DNA of 64,000 bases from Ostrea edulis (taxonomy: Eukaryota). Within the stretch, counting starts at the first letter, position 1; every line of letters begins with the position of its first letter. The DNA is taken from assembly GCF_947568905.1 (NCBI RefSeq), contig NC_079170.1, positions 17,980,001 through 18,044,000 of the forward strand. Direction: 5' to 3'. The translations under genes and the position numbers were made by a program. A model generated the notes under the pieces. That model had not been told where the DNA came from, did no database searches, and saw nothing but the letters and a program-made list of their open reading frames with translations. Below are positions 1 to 13,161 of this stretch, piece after piece.

Positions 1-195
1 CATTTCTGAATTAGTTTTGAACATTATAAATTCCTTTATAGCTATTATTTTTTCCTAGGAATTTTGAATTAATATATTTTTTCATTTTGCCAATATGTGA
101 ACCATGTGAGTAATTTTATTTCCTATTTTTTGTAGCCTTTTACCACTTCATACATACACAATAAAGTACATGTTAGCACACATGTATTTGTGTTG

Positions 196-873
196 TCATT
201 GGTTTGCTAGCTGTTTGCACCAGACAGCATACTCTGGGAAGTTCATGAAATAAAATCAAAGAGGAGGATTTTTTCAATTGTATATCGATCCCTGGGTCGA
301 GGCCTCTGCTGATGGACTGTTAGTCCCCGAGGGTCTCTACAGCCCAGTAGCTAAGTACTTCGTTACTAGCTTGAAAATACGGATGTATATTTAATTGCTG
401 TTATAAAATTTAGAAATTCATTTCAAAATTAAGGATTATCTCCCTCATGCATAGCTCTTATCCTTGGACGAATTTGGCTCCACTTTTTTGGCACGCTGTT
501 TTTGGCTATATTTAGCTCCAAAACTTCATAGTTATTTCGGATTTCAAACATTTGGGTTGAGCATCACTGAAGAGACATTATTTGTCGAAATGCGCATCTG
601 GTGCTTCAAAATTGGTACCGTATAAGTTTTACATCTATATTGATCAAACAAACCTGGAACAGAGTTTATCAAAGTTTTTATCTTGGTCTCCATAGAAGTA
701 AATCTGTCCTTCATGCATTCTTCAAATTCGCCGAGTTGAAGGCCACATGAGTTGGCAGACTTCATGCAGATGTTGTAGTTTCTAATTTCATTCTTACACG
801 GACAGTGAGATCGCGACAAGGCGACTAAAGATATACAAATCAGTAGATAAACCAATTGTAACATATGTACCAT
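196..873 (-). CDS. Small secreted Cys-rich protein, about 85 aa, 2 exons (873-654, 233-196)
   Basis: ATG at 873 begins a hydrophobic leader (MVHMLQLVYLLICISLVALSRS). A phase-1 donor CCAG|GTTTGT at 654/653 joins acceptor TTCCCAG|AG at 234/233, giving ...NSVP-EYAVWCKQLANQ* with TGA at 198-196. AATAAA lies on the minus strand near 115-120. The intron contains a dispersed repeat, which explains the odd tail of track ORF 544-924. Confidence 0.55.
287..634. repeat. Dispersed repeat family R1 (other copies 12858-12952 and, inverted, 20091-20277)
   Basis: The block GATTTCAAACATT..GTTGAGCATCACTGAAGAGA..GAAATGCGCATCTGGTGC..AAAATTGGTACCGTATAAGTTTTACAT recurs at three places in the window. Confidence 0.8.
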
Positions 874-1303
874 TAGTTTGTAAACGTCCACGTGCAAATA
901 TTTCCAGTAGAAGATTGTTTTCATATATGGCTTTTATGTCTGGAAAACATCAGGTAAATTGTTTTAATCAGTTGATTTATCTCTAACATAACAATACATA
1001 TGACACTGGAAATGAGTAGTCCTCGTCAACCTTTTTCCTATTACGGTCATAATCTTTGAAATATATTCTTTGTTGACGCACTGCCATCTACACATGTAAT
1101 TGTGTTCACATGACCTAAAAACAACGTGAGCGCACTTTGTTGTTACTTGGGTATTGGAACGGAACGGAAAATGTATATATTGTAAGCCAAGTATACATAA
1201 AGGATTTATCGCACAAAACCGTTTGGAAAACCTCTGCAAATTCCGAAGTATACTTTGCCTTGAAAATAAATATTCTACCTTTACTTTTTCAATACTATAT
1301 GAA

Positions 1304-1437
1304 AAGGTGTAGATAACAAACAGTAATCAAGCTCATAACTCCTATACGGAATACAAAATAAAGAGTTGGGCAGAGGTGGAATCAGGTGCTTAGAAGACGA
1401 CAGCATCCTCTGTCGACCGGTCACACTCGCCGTGAGT
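1304..1437 (-). repeat. Partial copy of dispersed repeat family R2 (retroposon-like)
   Basis: Reverse complement of the GTGACCGGTCGACAGGGGATGC..GGAGTTATGAGATTGATCACTG..TTATCTTCACCT block seen at 5406-5680. Confidence 0.7.
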
Positions 1438-2845
1438 CCTATGCATAAGGTATTGGTATAAATTGTGCAGCTATGTAAATAGTAGTGGATTTAGAGGGGG
1501 ACATCCCCCTTCCCTTTTTTGACCAAAAATAAAAAAAGTAGTAGAACAGCAAAAGTGATTTCATTATGTAAAAGATATAGCTAGAATAACCTATAACAGT
1601 GACACAAAAAGCACCAAAAACCCGAAGTCCCCAGTCTATTGGATCACCTTTTGACCAATCATAGATACACTTTAAACTATATGAGGTGTTAACAAAGCTT
1701 TCATGCACTTGTTAGCTCCATCAGTACACAGGCTATCGACGTTTTAGATATATGTCATAAAAATGTCTTTCTGTAGACAAACTATTCACTTGTCTGTTTC
1801 AACCATGGTATTTTCAAAGTCCAAACCAACTCCAAGGAAGAAAATAATCTTCTATGTACATGTACACAAATCAAGCATAAACACCAATGTCATTGATTGG
1901 CAATTCCATTGAAATGTATGTTAATAATAGCAATATAATGATCACACTTAACAATCATTCAAAGTTTTAAACCTTTGAAATTTCCCCTTAATTCGTGTAA
2001 TATTCCTTATGTAAATCTTAAGAATATTAAAATGAACAAAGTTTGATCTACAACCGCCACTATATATCCTATTGCATATATCTGTTTACAACAATCCATT
2101 ACAGGGATTTATGCTTGAAATATATGTCTGTATTAGCCTCTTCATACACACTGATATATATTGTCTTCAACTTTAAAAGCAGGACTGAAACCCGATCGAA
2201 CACTGTGAAAATAAAATTTCACGCGTTCAAGTGCAACGCATTAACATGAAATTGTTTCCTCCTAGTTATTCGCTTCTCCAAAAGGTGTCATGTTTTTGGC
2301 GGATTTTTTCTTCCTGTCTGCACGAACTCGCTCATTCAGCTCGACACACGTAAAATTAGATTTTTTGTAACTGAAAATTTTGTGTAACAATGGTGGACAG
2401 ATGAATTTTCATTGCAATGTTATAATAGGACTGGACATGGGTGTCATTTTTGTATACAATTAAATTATGGTTGCATGTACACATTCTTTTCTAACGCCTG
2501 TACACAATTATTAAACACCCGGCACGTCCTGCTATCCACTTTACAAGCCTGTGTTTGTGTTTTCTTTTGGAGTTAGATTTTAGGTAGGAGAAAGGTTGTT
2601 TTATTCACGGACCTCGGTTTGCATAATGCATAACATCGGATATACTTGACTGCATACCGATATGTAGCTGTGAAGTATTAGATTACTGGTATTAGGTATG
2701 GGAACGATTTTTGTCACAGTTTTATAAACGTGAACTATGTGTCGATTTTAGAGGTTTATATGATAAACAATGGAGATGGATTTGTTGGTTATGAGGATTC
2801 ACATGAAGAACGTTAACTCAGGACCCAAATAACAAACCAGACAGA

Positions 2846-5800
2846 TTGGTAAATAACCGAGAATACCAGAGAAGTTGTCATATCGATCGAAAAGTTTTCA
2901 TTGAAAATTACTTTCGTTTTGAATTAGCAAGGATGCACTCTTCTATAAAGGAAGATAATTTTATGTTGTTGATCCAAGCTCTTCGATTCACGAATAGAGG
3001 ACTTAAACAATACGTTGACATTTGTCTGGAAGATATTTATCGTGGGATCATTCGAAATGTGTCCAAAGTTGTTCCAACCTGCAAGACTTATTGCAACAAT
3101 CTGCATGGGAATTCATGGTGTGCATATTGTAAGAAATGGAAGACAGAAATAGAAAGTTATGTTCGATTTTCGTCATTCAAAAAGAAACTAAGATGGCAAG
3201 ACATTGACTTTGGAAAGTTAACAGGACCGGACAGAGATCTGGCAAAAACTGAGTTATTTTCTGTCTACGTCAGACGGCATTCAAATACACCAGTAGAGTT
3301 TGATATTCAAGCAATTTTATCATTGTTTCAGAACTGTGTTTATTTTGACATCGGAAAAAACAAGACTCTTCTTGATTCTGTTCGCAACATTAGGAATAAA
3401 CATTTTGCCCACACGATAAATTTTGAAATCACTAGCAAGAGCTTGAAAGATTCAATTGATGAACTCATTCGTTTGTTTCAACATCCATCAATGTTGAATC
3501 ACGGAAATTCAAAGTCTTTCATTACCATGTTGAAGGAACTGGGGAAAAAGAATATGGAACTGGTTGAGACAAGTACACATGGACTCTGTAGACAGGTATT
3601 TGAACTCCGATACGATTCTGCCATAGCACAAAATAAAATAGATACATATTTATTGCCACAGTCTACAAGGACAGGTACCATCAGATCGATAAGGGGACAG
3701 TGTCATTACGTTCCTGTTTTCCTCCTCCTCCTCACATCCTTGATTATGGCGTATTGGTTAAAGTACGAGACAGACACTAACATGAAAGGTAAATACAAGA
3801 GTAATAATGTACCGGGTAGTTGAAGGTACATTTGTCTCCAATTCAGATTCTTGAGGTGAATTTTCTTTTATAGATGATTGGTACTCTATAATGACCAGAA
3901 ATTATCCACAAGAACCCTATAATCCAGAGGGTAAGTTCAAAGCATCAAACCTTAACAAACAAACAGTCGAAGAAAATTCTGAATTCGCTAAGTTCACATT
4001 TAAATATTACCTCTTGATTCCATTGCACGCTGGTATCTTATTATTCGACATGTGACACGTTGAGTAAACGTGAGGGTTCTTATTTCTATTTTACAAAGGT
4101 AAATCCACCAGCAGGCTTGGGGTCAATTACATAGCAATGTAAAGCATTACATTATGGTGATTTACCATTACTTAGAAAATTTGACATTTATCCTCACCAT
4201 TACATATTACGTGAGAGTGCATTACATTACGTTACATATTACCGAGTGGAGCTCGGACGGGCCGAAGCAAGGCTCGAAAGGTAACACGTATGTAAAAGGA
4301 AAAAAAATAGGAAAATCAACAAATGAATAGCGATAATCTCTACACATGTTCACTAAACATTTTGTGATCCTATGGGCGCCGCCATATTGTTTTGTTCATT
4401 AGTTGCTTCTAGAGTTATTCGTGTTTTAATTTTGAATGCCAAAAATAAAGACTGACGTGTAATTTGTAATTCAAACGTCCAGTTTGTTATAAATGAATGA
4501 CATGATTATAATTGTTAAAGTTTTTAGCCAATCATCAAATAAAAAACAATAAGACTAAATAGGTGAACGAGTTCATGAGTTTTTTAAACATAAGAATATA
4601 TGATATACTTACGGTTACTTTTTTTATCATTTTGAATTTATTGGTTAATTTTCTTTAGTTTTAATTTTAAATTGCAAACGGGATGTATTGTTGTTGTTTA
4701 TAATTATTTGATTTGAAAGAGAAAAAAGTCGAGGTTAAATGTGACATCACAATACACGGTTTCCGTCGCCTTGCGTTTTATTTCCTGCGTTAAACAAATA
4801 GGCGGATCCCGTAGAACTGTTATTCCTATACATCCCCCTTTGATATTGAGATGTTACTGGGTGTTTAGCGCAGAGAAAGTTGCATCAAAAATATTTTAAT
4901 TTTGAATGAATCATAATCTATACCGTACTTAACGGAATTATGATTATCACTTTGGACACGCCAATGACGATTTCTTGCTTTGCTCGGTCCCACGGTCACA
5001 CCGCATACATACTACATAACTTTAAAATTCTGTAGACAATTCTTATTGGTTGATTGCTCAATGTTTAATTCAAGAATGAAAACTTCACTCAGATATCAAG
5101 AGCAATTTCTGAAAACAGTTCACAATAGTTTACTCTGAATCCTTACAAATAGCCTCAGGGAAACATTCAATAAATATTTGAAGTATTTCTTATTATACCT
5201 TAGATATTAGAACTAAAATGTCCATTGAATACTGTTAACACTTAAAGACAATATACATGGAGATGGTATTTTTGTTCATAAGGTCGAAAAGCCAATCAAT
5301 AGTATAATGAATTAGTCTAAACCTCTAACATAGAGGTGCCAACAGTCTCGCTTAAAATCAGCATTTCGCAACTTCTGTGGTCATTATAACGATCTAGTTT
5401 GTCAATACAACCTATCATTGGGTCAAGTGGTGTCCGACGTGTTTCATACCGATTGTTAGGCCGTTCTTGGCACACTGATTTTGACTACGGATAACTCCGT
5501 TTATCTGATCAAAATATAGGGTTCACGACGAATGTGACCGGTCGACAAGGGATGCTTACTTCTCCTGGGCACCTGATCCCACCCTTGGTGTGTCAAAGGG
5601 TCCGTGTTTGCCCAGCTCTCTATTTTGTATTGCTTATAGGAGTCATGAGATTGATCACTGCTCGTTATCTTCACCTTTCACGATCAATTTTTTGAAGTAA
5701 TATAAATGTAAATGAATGTGATGTGCATTACAGTATATCTTCAACAAGTGATGCATTACATTACCATTAATTGTATTGCACACATGGCCCATTACACATT

Positions 5801-8800
5801 ACACTCCCATTACACTGACTTTGGGTGTCATTACATTATTATTAGACATTAATATGAGCCCAGTCCTGTCCACCAGACACAAATTCTTCAACACTATTTG
5901 AAATGTATGCGACTAGGAAGCATAGCAAGACACAGTATCTATTTTTTAAGAAAAAGAAGATATGCTAGGAAATCTAAATGTCCCACATTAATTTGGAATA
6001 AGATATATCTTAAAAACAATGGATTAAAATATGAAGAGTCAATTAATTGAATTGGAGAACCGATTAGTTTTATATCTTGAAATATAAATGTATGAATATA
6101 TATCCTCTTTCTTGCCAATAGGTTGCAAAACCGGTGAATATGAATATCCATATGCTGTTGACATCGACTTTGAATTCTATCGTTCTACACACGACACCCT
6201 AGTCGGTCGAAAATGGTTGCTTTACGAATTGGAAAATATAATGCGTTCTTCCCCTAGAGGTGTAATGCTTATAGCAGAAATGGGATATGGAAAATCTGCA
6301 ATAATGTCTCATCTCGCGTGCCAGGACGATCAACGACAAGCAGGTTATCCAATATACGAAAATATATCCGTTTTCCATATTTGTACTTTTGGATCGCAAA
6401 AAACATTGCTTCCAGGATTATTTGTCAAAAATATGGCAGGAGGATTTGCAAAGTACATACCGAAATTTAAACAGTATTTGGAGCAAAATCGAAGGTTTAA
6501 AGATTATTTTGAAGGTGGAAAATGTCTTGAGGATGCAGAAGGATGTCTAGATTTTCTAATTATCAAGACACTTCATCAACTCAAAAATGAATCAAAAACT
6601 CATATTGTCATCATAGATGCCCTGGACGAGTGCATAGAATATGATAATAGATTCAATATTGTAAGCCTGCTCCTTAGAAGAATTACAAAATTTCCAAAAT
6701 ATATCAAATTTCTAACTTCATCCCGTAATATTTCACTCATCTCTCAACTAAACCGACATTTAACTGTGTTTGAACAAAAAGCAGAGAACGATAAAAATAA
6801 CAGAGATATTGGCCTCTTTGTTAAGGAGAAACTGCGGAATGCTCAACCGAAGGACATCAGTAATCTCAAATCTGTATTCAAAAGTGTGGACGAGATCAGC
6901 GACAAAGCTGTGAAATATGGAAAAGGCAACATGCTTTTCGTATTGCATGTATTGAAACAGTGGACAGACACTGAACATTTGTCTTTCGATAACATTCCTA
7001 ATACACTTGAAACATCATTTTACGATCAATTTCTCAGAATATTTGGAAACGATGACGCTCAGTTTGGTAGTACACGAAAAATCTTAGAAATATTGTGTGC
7101 AAGCACTGAACCGCTGTCTGAGGAAGAAATTTTCGAAATTGCTAACATCCCTGAGGCTGATCAGATTAACACAATTAAGTTGATAGGAAATGAATTAAGC
7201 CATTTCATCAGACTAGTTCGTGGGAAAGTAATAATCCTTCATAGGTCGCTCTCGAAATTTCTAACAAATAACGAAAGGAGAAGAGAACAATTCTACATAT
7301 CAAAACAAAATGGTTGTGCCCATTTGTCTTACTACTTCCTACGAAGTGTGAATTCTAAACGGAGTTTCAATGATACTGATATTTTACAGTTAACAGAATA
7401 TGTATCTTGCTCGAAAAATCAATCATTGAAAGATCTCTACTTGAAATCTGGAAAAAAATTCTATTCTAGTATTCACTACAGGACTAGATTTACGCATCCT
7501 CCGATGTTCCTTCTTCACCGAGCTGCGCTGAGATTGAATTCATACTCCAGTATGTCTCTTTTTCTTGATCTGTATTTAAAATTTCCGTTGGCACATGTTG
7601 ACGAAAATGACGATGGAAATATCACTGCTTCGTACGTGGCTGCGGCCTATGGTAATCATGAAGGACTTGTGGCTCTTTTGAAATATAGAGCCAACGTGAA
7701 TTTTACCAGATTAGGACCCAGAATAATGAATACTTCTTTTAATGACATAGTCAAATTCAGCAAACATTCTGCCCAGTGGGAGTACAATCTTTTGAATATT
7801 GCCTCTCAAAATGGACATCTTAATGTCGTTCGCATTCTTCTCCGAAATAGGGTTCATATGAAACATAAAATTTCCTGTGGACTCGATTCTTTTCAACTGG
7901 CTTCCGAATTTGGACAAACTTCGGTTGTGAAATACTTTCTAATGAATTACATGAGTACATTTCATAACAGTTTAAATTTCTCTCTCTATCTGGCCTCTAA
8001 AAACGGACACGAAGATATCGTATCAATATTATTGTATCATGGAGCTGTTGACATTTGTCTTCCTTGCACAGGGAGGATGTATTGGACAAAGTTTCACCAA
8101 ACTCGTTTACAAGTTATTGACAATGATTTTGATTTGCAGCAGTTTAACTACATTTTTAAGGATGACAGACGGATGATACGATGCGAGACAGCGATAGAAG
8201 TAGCAATTCAGAATGGACACACTGAAGTTGTAAAACGTTTAATAGCACACTCCAATTCTAGTCTAGACTGTAGAGAATCTGGTGGTAGAACACGTCTTTT
8301 GACAGCAGCTAGGTTTGATCGGACAGACATTTTAGAGTTCTTTATGTCTCTCAACGTGTCGTTTGCTCATCGCTGTGTTTCTGGGTATCAGAATAAGGAG
8401 GAATTTGAACTTAGCAAGACGGAGGAATTGGAATATGATAAAAACCTGTGTTTGAATAACATGTCAGTGTTTCACCTCGTCGCTGAGTATGGAAGTTCGA
8501 AAACCGTAGTTTTGCTGTATGATAATTTTAAAAACGCTTTCTGGACAGCGCGTGATATATTTGGAGCAACACCTTTACACTACCTAGTTTGTCAAGGAAG
8601 ACTTGAATTGATCAGTAATTTCGAAAGCAATTACAACATCAGATCATACAATGGTTCTACACTATTACACTCAGCAGCCATATGTAAACAATACTCCCTT
8701 CTTGACTTCCTTCTCATCCGAATACCTGAATCTCCTTTGGATAATAGGAAACAAGGCTTTGTTCATTACCTTGCTCAGAGTGATAGTTTTAAATATGAAA

Positions 8801-10872
8801 ATGTACAATCCGTCATTGACCACACCCAACCTTTAAGAAAAACAGTTTTGGGAAGAATAAAACAAGAATTATTTTCCCGAGATGCGATGAAGAGAACCCC
8901 GCTTCACTACGCGGCTATTCACGGAAATATAAATTTTTATCTGCTTTGTTTTGAACTCGATTGGAATCACACAAATTGGAACGATCTGTTTGGGCTTCGT
9001 GACATCAACAATTTAACAGTACTAGATTTGTTGTTTAAAAATTTACCGCCATATGATAGTTTTCCAAAATCAATTTTAACACCTACAAATTCCTTTATTA
9101 TAAACCCACATCAGCATTTTATCTCTTTAATTCTCGATAGATCATTTCTAAGAAATATGATAGAAAAGAAACTTAATGTATTCTGTCAGTACAGTGTCCG
9201 ACGTGGATATCCTCGTATCCTTGAAAGACTTTTGAGAAAATACCTGGAACATGGTTATAATATTAGCCATTTTTATGAATGCGTATCATTTTTTTTCCAT
9301 ACAATCCCTACAATGGAATACATACACCCAATGTATTTTGGTCTTTTCCCCTTATCGTCTTTCTTGAAATGTAACTGTGATAGTTTGAAAACGTTTACAT
9401 TTCATAAGTTGATGGAAGACCGCAAGAGATCGTTTAGAATGTACGTTAAGACAGCACTGAATTTTAAGATGAACTGTAAATATATGAATTTTTGCTATGA
9501 TGACGAAGGATATAACCCGTTACATAGGGCTGTTATTGGGGGAAATTTTGATGGTTTCGAATATCTAATTGACAATGGAATGTCTGTGAATGTCAAAACT
9601 AAAGACGGGAGGGATATTTTGGATTTAGTAATTGAGTATGCACAATGCTCTCCAGAATATTACGGTTTTATGAAAGAAGCAATGTCTACAAACATGTCTT
9701 TTTCAAATACAATAGAAGTTGACATCCTGCGGGGGAGAAGATATAATAAAATTGCTAGCTATATAGCACAAAACACGAAACTTATCAAAAATAGGACCCC
9801 AATGCAAATATGCAACAGGAACACAAACGCTCTCAGCATATCTCATCTTGCTGCCGCTAAAGGTCTTGTGAACGTTTTAAAAGCAATTCAAATAAACTTT
9901 GGAGAAACTTATGCTGATTGCACGAATTATATTAATATTTCAACAACATATCTATTAAATTTTTTCGGTCATTTATCATTCCATACGACTGAGTCAATTG
10001 ATTTTGAATCCTCTGCTGCATTATATGTTAGATATGCGTTGGACTTCAGACCATTCCTTTATCCCAAGGGTTCTGTACTTTGGAAATGTAAGCGTAGAAT
10101 CTCAAATTTCAGAAACGCAAAATCGTTACTAAGCTGCGCTAGTAAAGCGAATGAGGAAAGGGTGGTACTTTCTATGCAAGTTATCAAGTTGAGTGGTGTA
10201 AAATCAGGAGATGATTATGACAAATTCTGTCAGTCTTGTGGATATGATAAATTTCTTTCAGACAAACCTCAATTTAATTGTATTGTTAACGACGTAAAGA
10301 AATTTTTGAAAAATCCTAAGACATATAAGTACAAGTACTTACTGGAATACAAAAGACATGAAGTTTTATTTGAAAAAGTCAATTGTAAAATGAAGAGGAA
10401 TAAAAGTAAAAAATGTCTCTCAATTATATCGCAGAAAATAAAACTGAAGCGAAAAGCTCAGAGCGTTTTCTTTAGCATAAGCGTCGGAATACCATGGATT
10501 ATTATTGGAAATTTATACGAGTATGACATAATGAAACCTTTCCAAATTTCTGTTGAAACTGAATATGTTTCTACTTCAAGCAGTACTATTACATACATTA
10601 TTGCATATGTGTCTCGATTGTATCTCCAACATCACCATGGATTTAGTTCTTTAAAGAAATATGACTACTGGGATGCTTTACGAAAAAGTGGAAACATTAG
10701 AGGAAAGACAATGGTCCGCACAATTCTGAATACTCCAATATCTGAAATTCGGAAATGGAAAGGAACTAGACAAAGCAGGCTTATGTTAAGATACATTCTT
10801 TATAACGATCATGCAAGTGATACACCTTTACGTGATTACGACATTCTCAGGAAAATGATGGATAGTCTCTGA
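2846..10872 (+). CDS. HEPN (DZIP3-type)-TM-NACHT-like NTPase-ankyrin repeat protein; exons ~2846-3788, 3874-3930, 6122-10872 (5' start uncertain)
   Basis: Exon 1 has an RxxxxxH HEPN-like motif (VRNIRNKHFAH) and a TM stretch (VPVFLLLLTSLIMAYWL). Phase-1 junctions AAAG|GTAAAT (3788), TTATAG|AT (3874), GAGG|GTAAGT (3930) and CCAATAG|GT (6122) all keep frame. Exon 3 has Walker A (IAEMGYGKSA), Walker B (IVIIDALDEC) and many ankyrin repeats (ASYVAAAYGNHE, LNIASQNGHL, TPLHYAAIHGN, NPLHRAVIGGN). Confidence 0.8.
4112..5868. mobile_element. hAT-type non-autonomous element with nested insertions, in intron 2
   Basis: Imperfect TIRs CAGGCTTGGG / CCCAGTCCTG flanked by an exact 8-bp TSD TCCACCAG (4104-4111, 5869-5876); ATTAC-rich subterminal repeats. 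Confidence 0.75.
5406..5680 (+). repeat. Dispersed repeat family R2 (other copies ~18170-18395, 27461-27724, 28688-28912, partial inverted ~28150-28210)
   Basis: Recurrent block CACACTGATTTTGACTACGGATAACTCCG..GTGACCGGTCGACA..GCACCTGATCCCACC..GAGATTGATCACTG..CACCTTTCA. Confidence 0.8.
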
Positions 10873-11051
10873 AGACGGGATCTTTTCTTGATGTTTGATA
10901 TCCAATTATGAATACCAGATAAAGTTAATGGACAGAAACGCTGTGCTAATTAAATTGTTTACCATGTTACGAAGCTGTTCATGGAAGATCATGGCGCATC
11001 TGATTTTTATATTCATGTGTGCAGACATATACCTATGATACCATTGTTGTT

Positions 11052-11057
11052 AATAAA
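11052..11057 (+). terminator. Candidate polyadenylation signal of the HEPN-NACHT-ANK gene
   Basis: AATAAA about 180 bp after the TGA at 10870-10872. Confidence 0.45.
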
Positions 11058-11519
11058 ATACAGAATCACTGACAGTTCCTTAGTATTCTTCGTAAAAGTT
11101 GCCATTCTTGACAAACAACTGTTAATATTCAATACATATTGTTATATATGATTTATACTTATTTTCTAATCAGTTAATTAAAGACGCTGTCCTCTGACTA
11201 CTCTTAACTTGTACAGTGCAATGGTAACGTAAGGAACGATAGCAGTCAACAGGAAATCAAATAGTGTGAATGAGTAGCCACTAAGGTACAATCTTTTTAA
11301 AACCGGAATGATCTGGTAGTTTTAATGCCGCAAGAAAGTCACTTTATACATAAGTTATTACTTGAATATAGGAAATATACTCGACTGAGGTTGTGTGTAA
11401 AAGCGGACGGAGTTTGCGAGGTTCGCTTTCCCGAAAAGACCATGGGCGAATATGTTTCCCAATAGCAGTTAATAACATTTGCATGCCATATTCTCAAGTT
11501 CTATGCAAACGCACCTTCG

Positions 11520-12480
11520 TTTATATTTTTATATATCCGTCTTTAGACTGGACGTATTATGGTACAGCGATGTCTGTTTGTCCTTCCGGACGTTCTGGGT
11601 TTTCTGTTTCTAATGTCATTATTCTGTCACATATCAAGTTGAAACTTGCTATATAGTTTCTTTGTGGATTATTGTAAATCATATCATAATTTTGATCCAT
11701 TTTGACTTCTGTTGCAGGAGTTGTGGCCCTTTGTTTTAAATTATTGTTATATGAAGGTTACATAAGTTGTCCAGCTAACTCCTCCTACAATTTTCAAATA
11801 AGGACTATCTTATTTTACAGAGTACTTGTATATATATTGAAGATGAGTTTGTGGCAAGGATTTTGATTTTCTTAAATTTTGGAGAAATAATAGAGGTTGT
11901 TGAATTTAGTCTGTTTTGAGGAAATAATATGAAAAGAGTACATGATTTGTATGGTGAACTCTTCCCATAGTTTTCAAGTAAGAACCTTCTTATTTTGCAG
12001 AGTGTTTATATGGGTATTGTAGGTATGCTGTGGCAAAGACTTTGATTCGTTCAAGTTTTGGAAAAGATACAGGTTATTAAACTTTTGTCAGTTTTACGGA
12101 AATATTGCATAGAGAGTACATGGTTTGTCTTTTATTTTTCCTTCTACAGTTTTCAGGTGAGGATCTAATTTTACAGAGTATTTGTATGAGTATGGAAGAT
12201 GTGAATGTGCCTAGGATTTTGATTTTCTCGAATTTTAAAGAAAATTACAGGTTGTTAATTTTAGTCCATTTTGAGGAAATATTATGTTTAATAAAGGACA
12301 TCGCTTGAAGATGTGCATAATGTTTTGGGTTGGAAGATCTGAACCTAAGGTACTCTCTCTATAATGAATATCGAAATATGCAAGAAAAACCATTCTAATA
12401 GAATTAGTTGATATAGCTATAAATCTGATTATTTGAGTCGTAATAAATGTAGTCATATCGTTCCGGAATTTTATTCCTGG
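11520..12480. mobile_element. Helentron-like non-autonomous element with internal degenerate tandem repeats
   Basis: T-rich start, then hairpin ATCCGTCTTTAGACTGGACG and a GTCY-type tract; repeated internal blocks (CTTATTTTACAGAGTA..GATTTTGATTT..GGTTGTTGAATTTAGTC). Confidence 0.55.
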
Positions 12481-13029
12481 AATTCTAAAAGTTTGGTTGG
12501 GTTGGGTTTTTCAATAATTTCATGCTTCAGCTTCCTTTGGTATTAAGGGATAGTTCCGATCTAATGGCCCGGTGTAGTTTATTAAACAATAGAGGTACCC
12601 CATTTTTATGTGATAATCCATGTGATGAAATGTAGAATTTTAAAAAGATCAGACATAGTTCTTCATTGTGTATAAAGTCTAAGTCCATCGTTTGGAATTT
12701 TGAAAACCTATTGCACATCTAAGGAACACCTTCAATCATCTCCCAAAAGATTATTTGGCTACTGCATAAAATGTAAGACTACTGGAAACCCGGTTTTTCT
12801 ATAGAAAAACCTCGTGTTTAACTCCTAATTGCCTCTCAGATTGAAAATAAGAATCATGATTTCAAACATTTCGGTTGAGCATCACTGAAGAGATATTATT
12901 TCTCGAAATGTGCATCTGGTGCATCAAAATTGATACCGTATAAGTTTTACATTACACATCTAGAGATCAATACCATTCATCTTCCAAAAGATAATTTGAC
13001 AACTGCAAAAGTATGTTGAAGTTCTGAAA

Positions 13030-13161
13030 NNNNNNNNNNNNNNNNNNNNNNNNNNNNNNNNNNNNNNNNNNNNNNNNNNNNNNNNNNNNNNNNNNNNNNN
13101 NNNNNNNNNNNNNNNNNNNNNNNNNNNNNNNNNNNNNNNNNNNNNNNNNNNNNNNNNNNNN
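13030..13161. other. Assembly gap (132 N)
   Basis: Run of N inside the satellite-like array. Confidence 1.

Noticed and set aside
964-1239. Cys-containing 91-aa minus-strand ORF as an upstream exon of the secreted peptide
   Set aside because: No clear splice sites or motif, and the peptide already has its own signal sequence.
6122-10872. N-glycosylation sequons as proof that the NACHT-ANK part is lumenal
   Set aside because: The protein is Asn/Ser/Thr-rich, so many sequons are expected by chance; not usable without a proper test.
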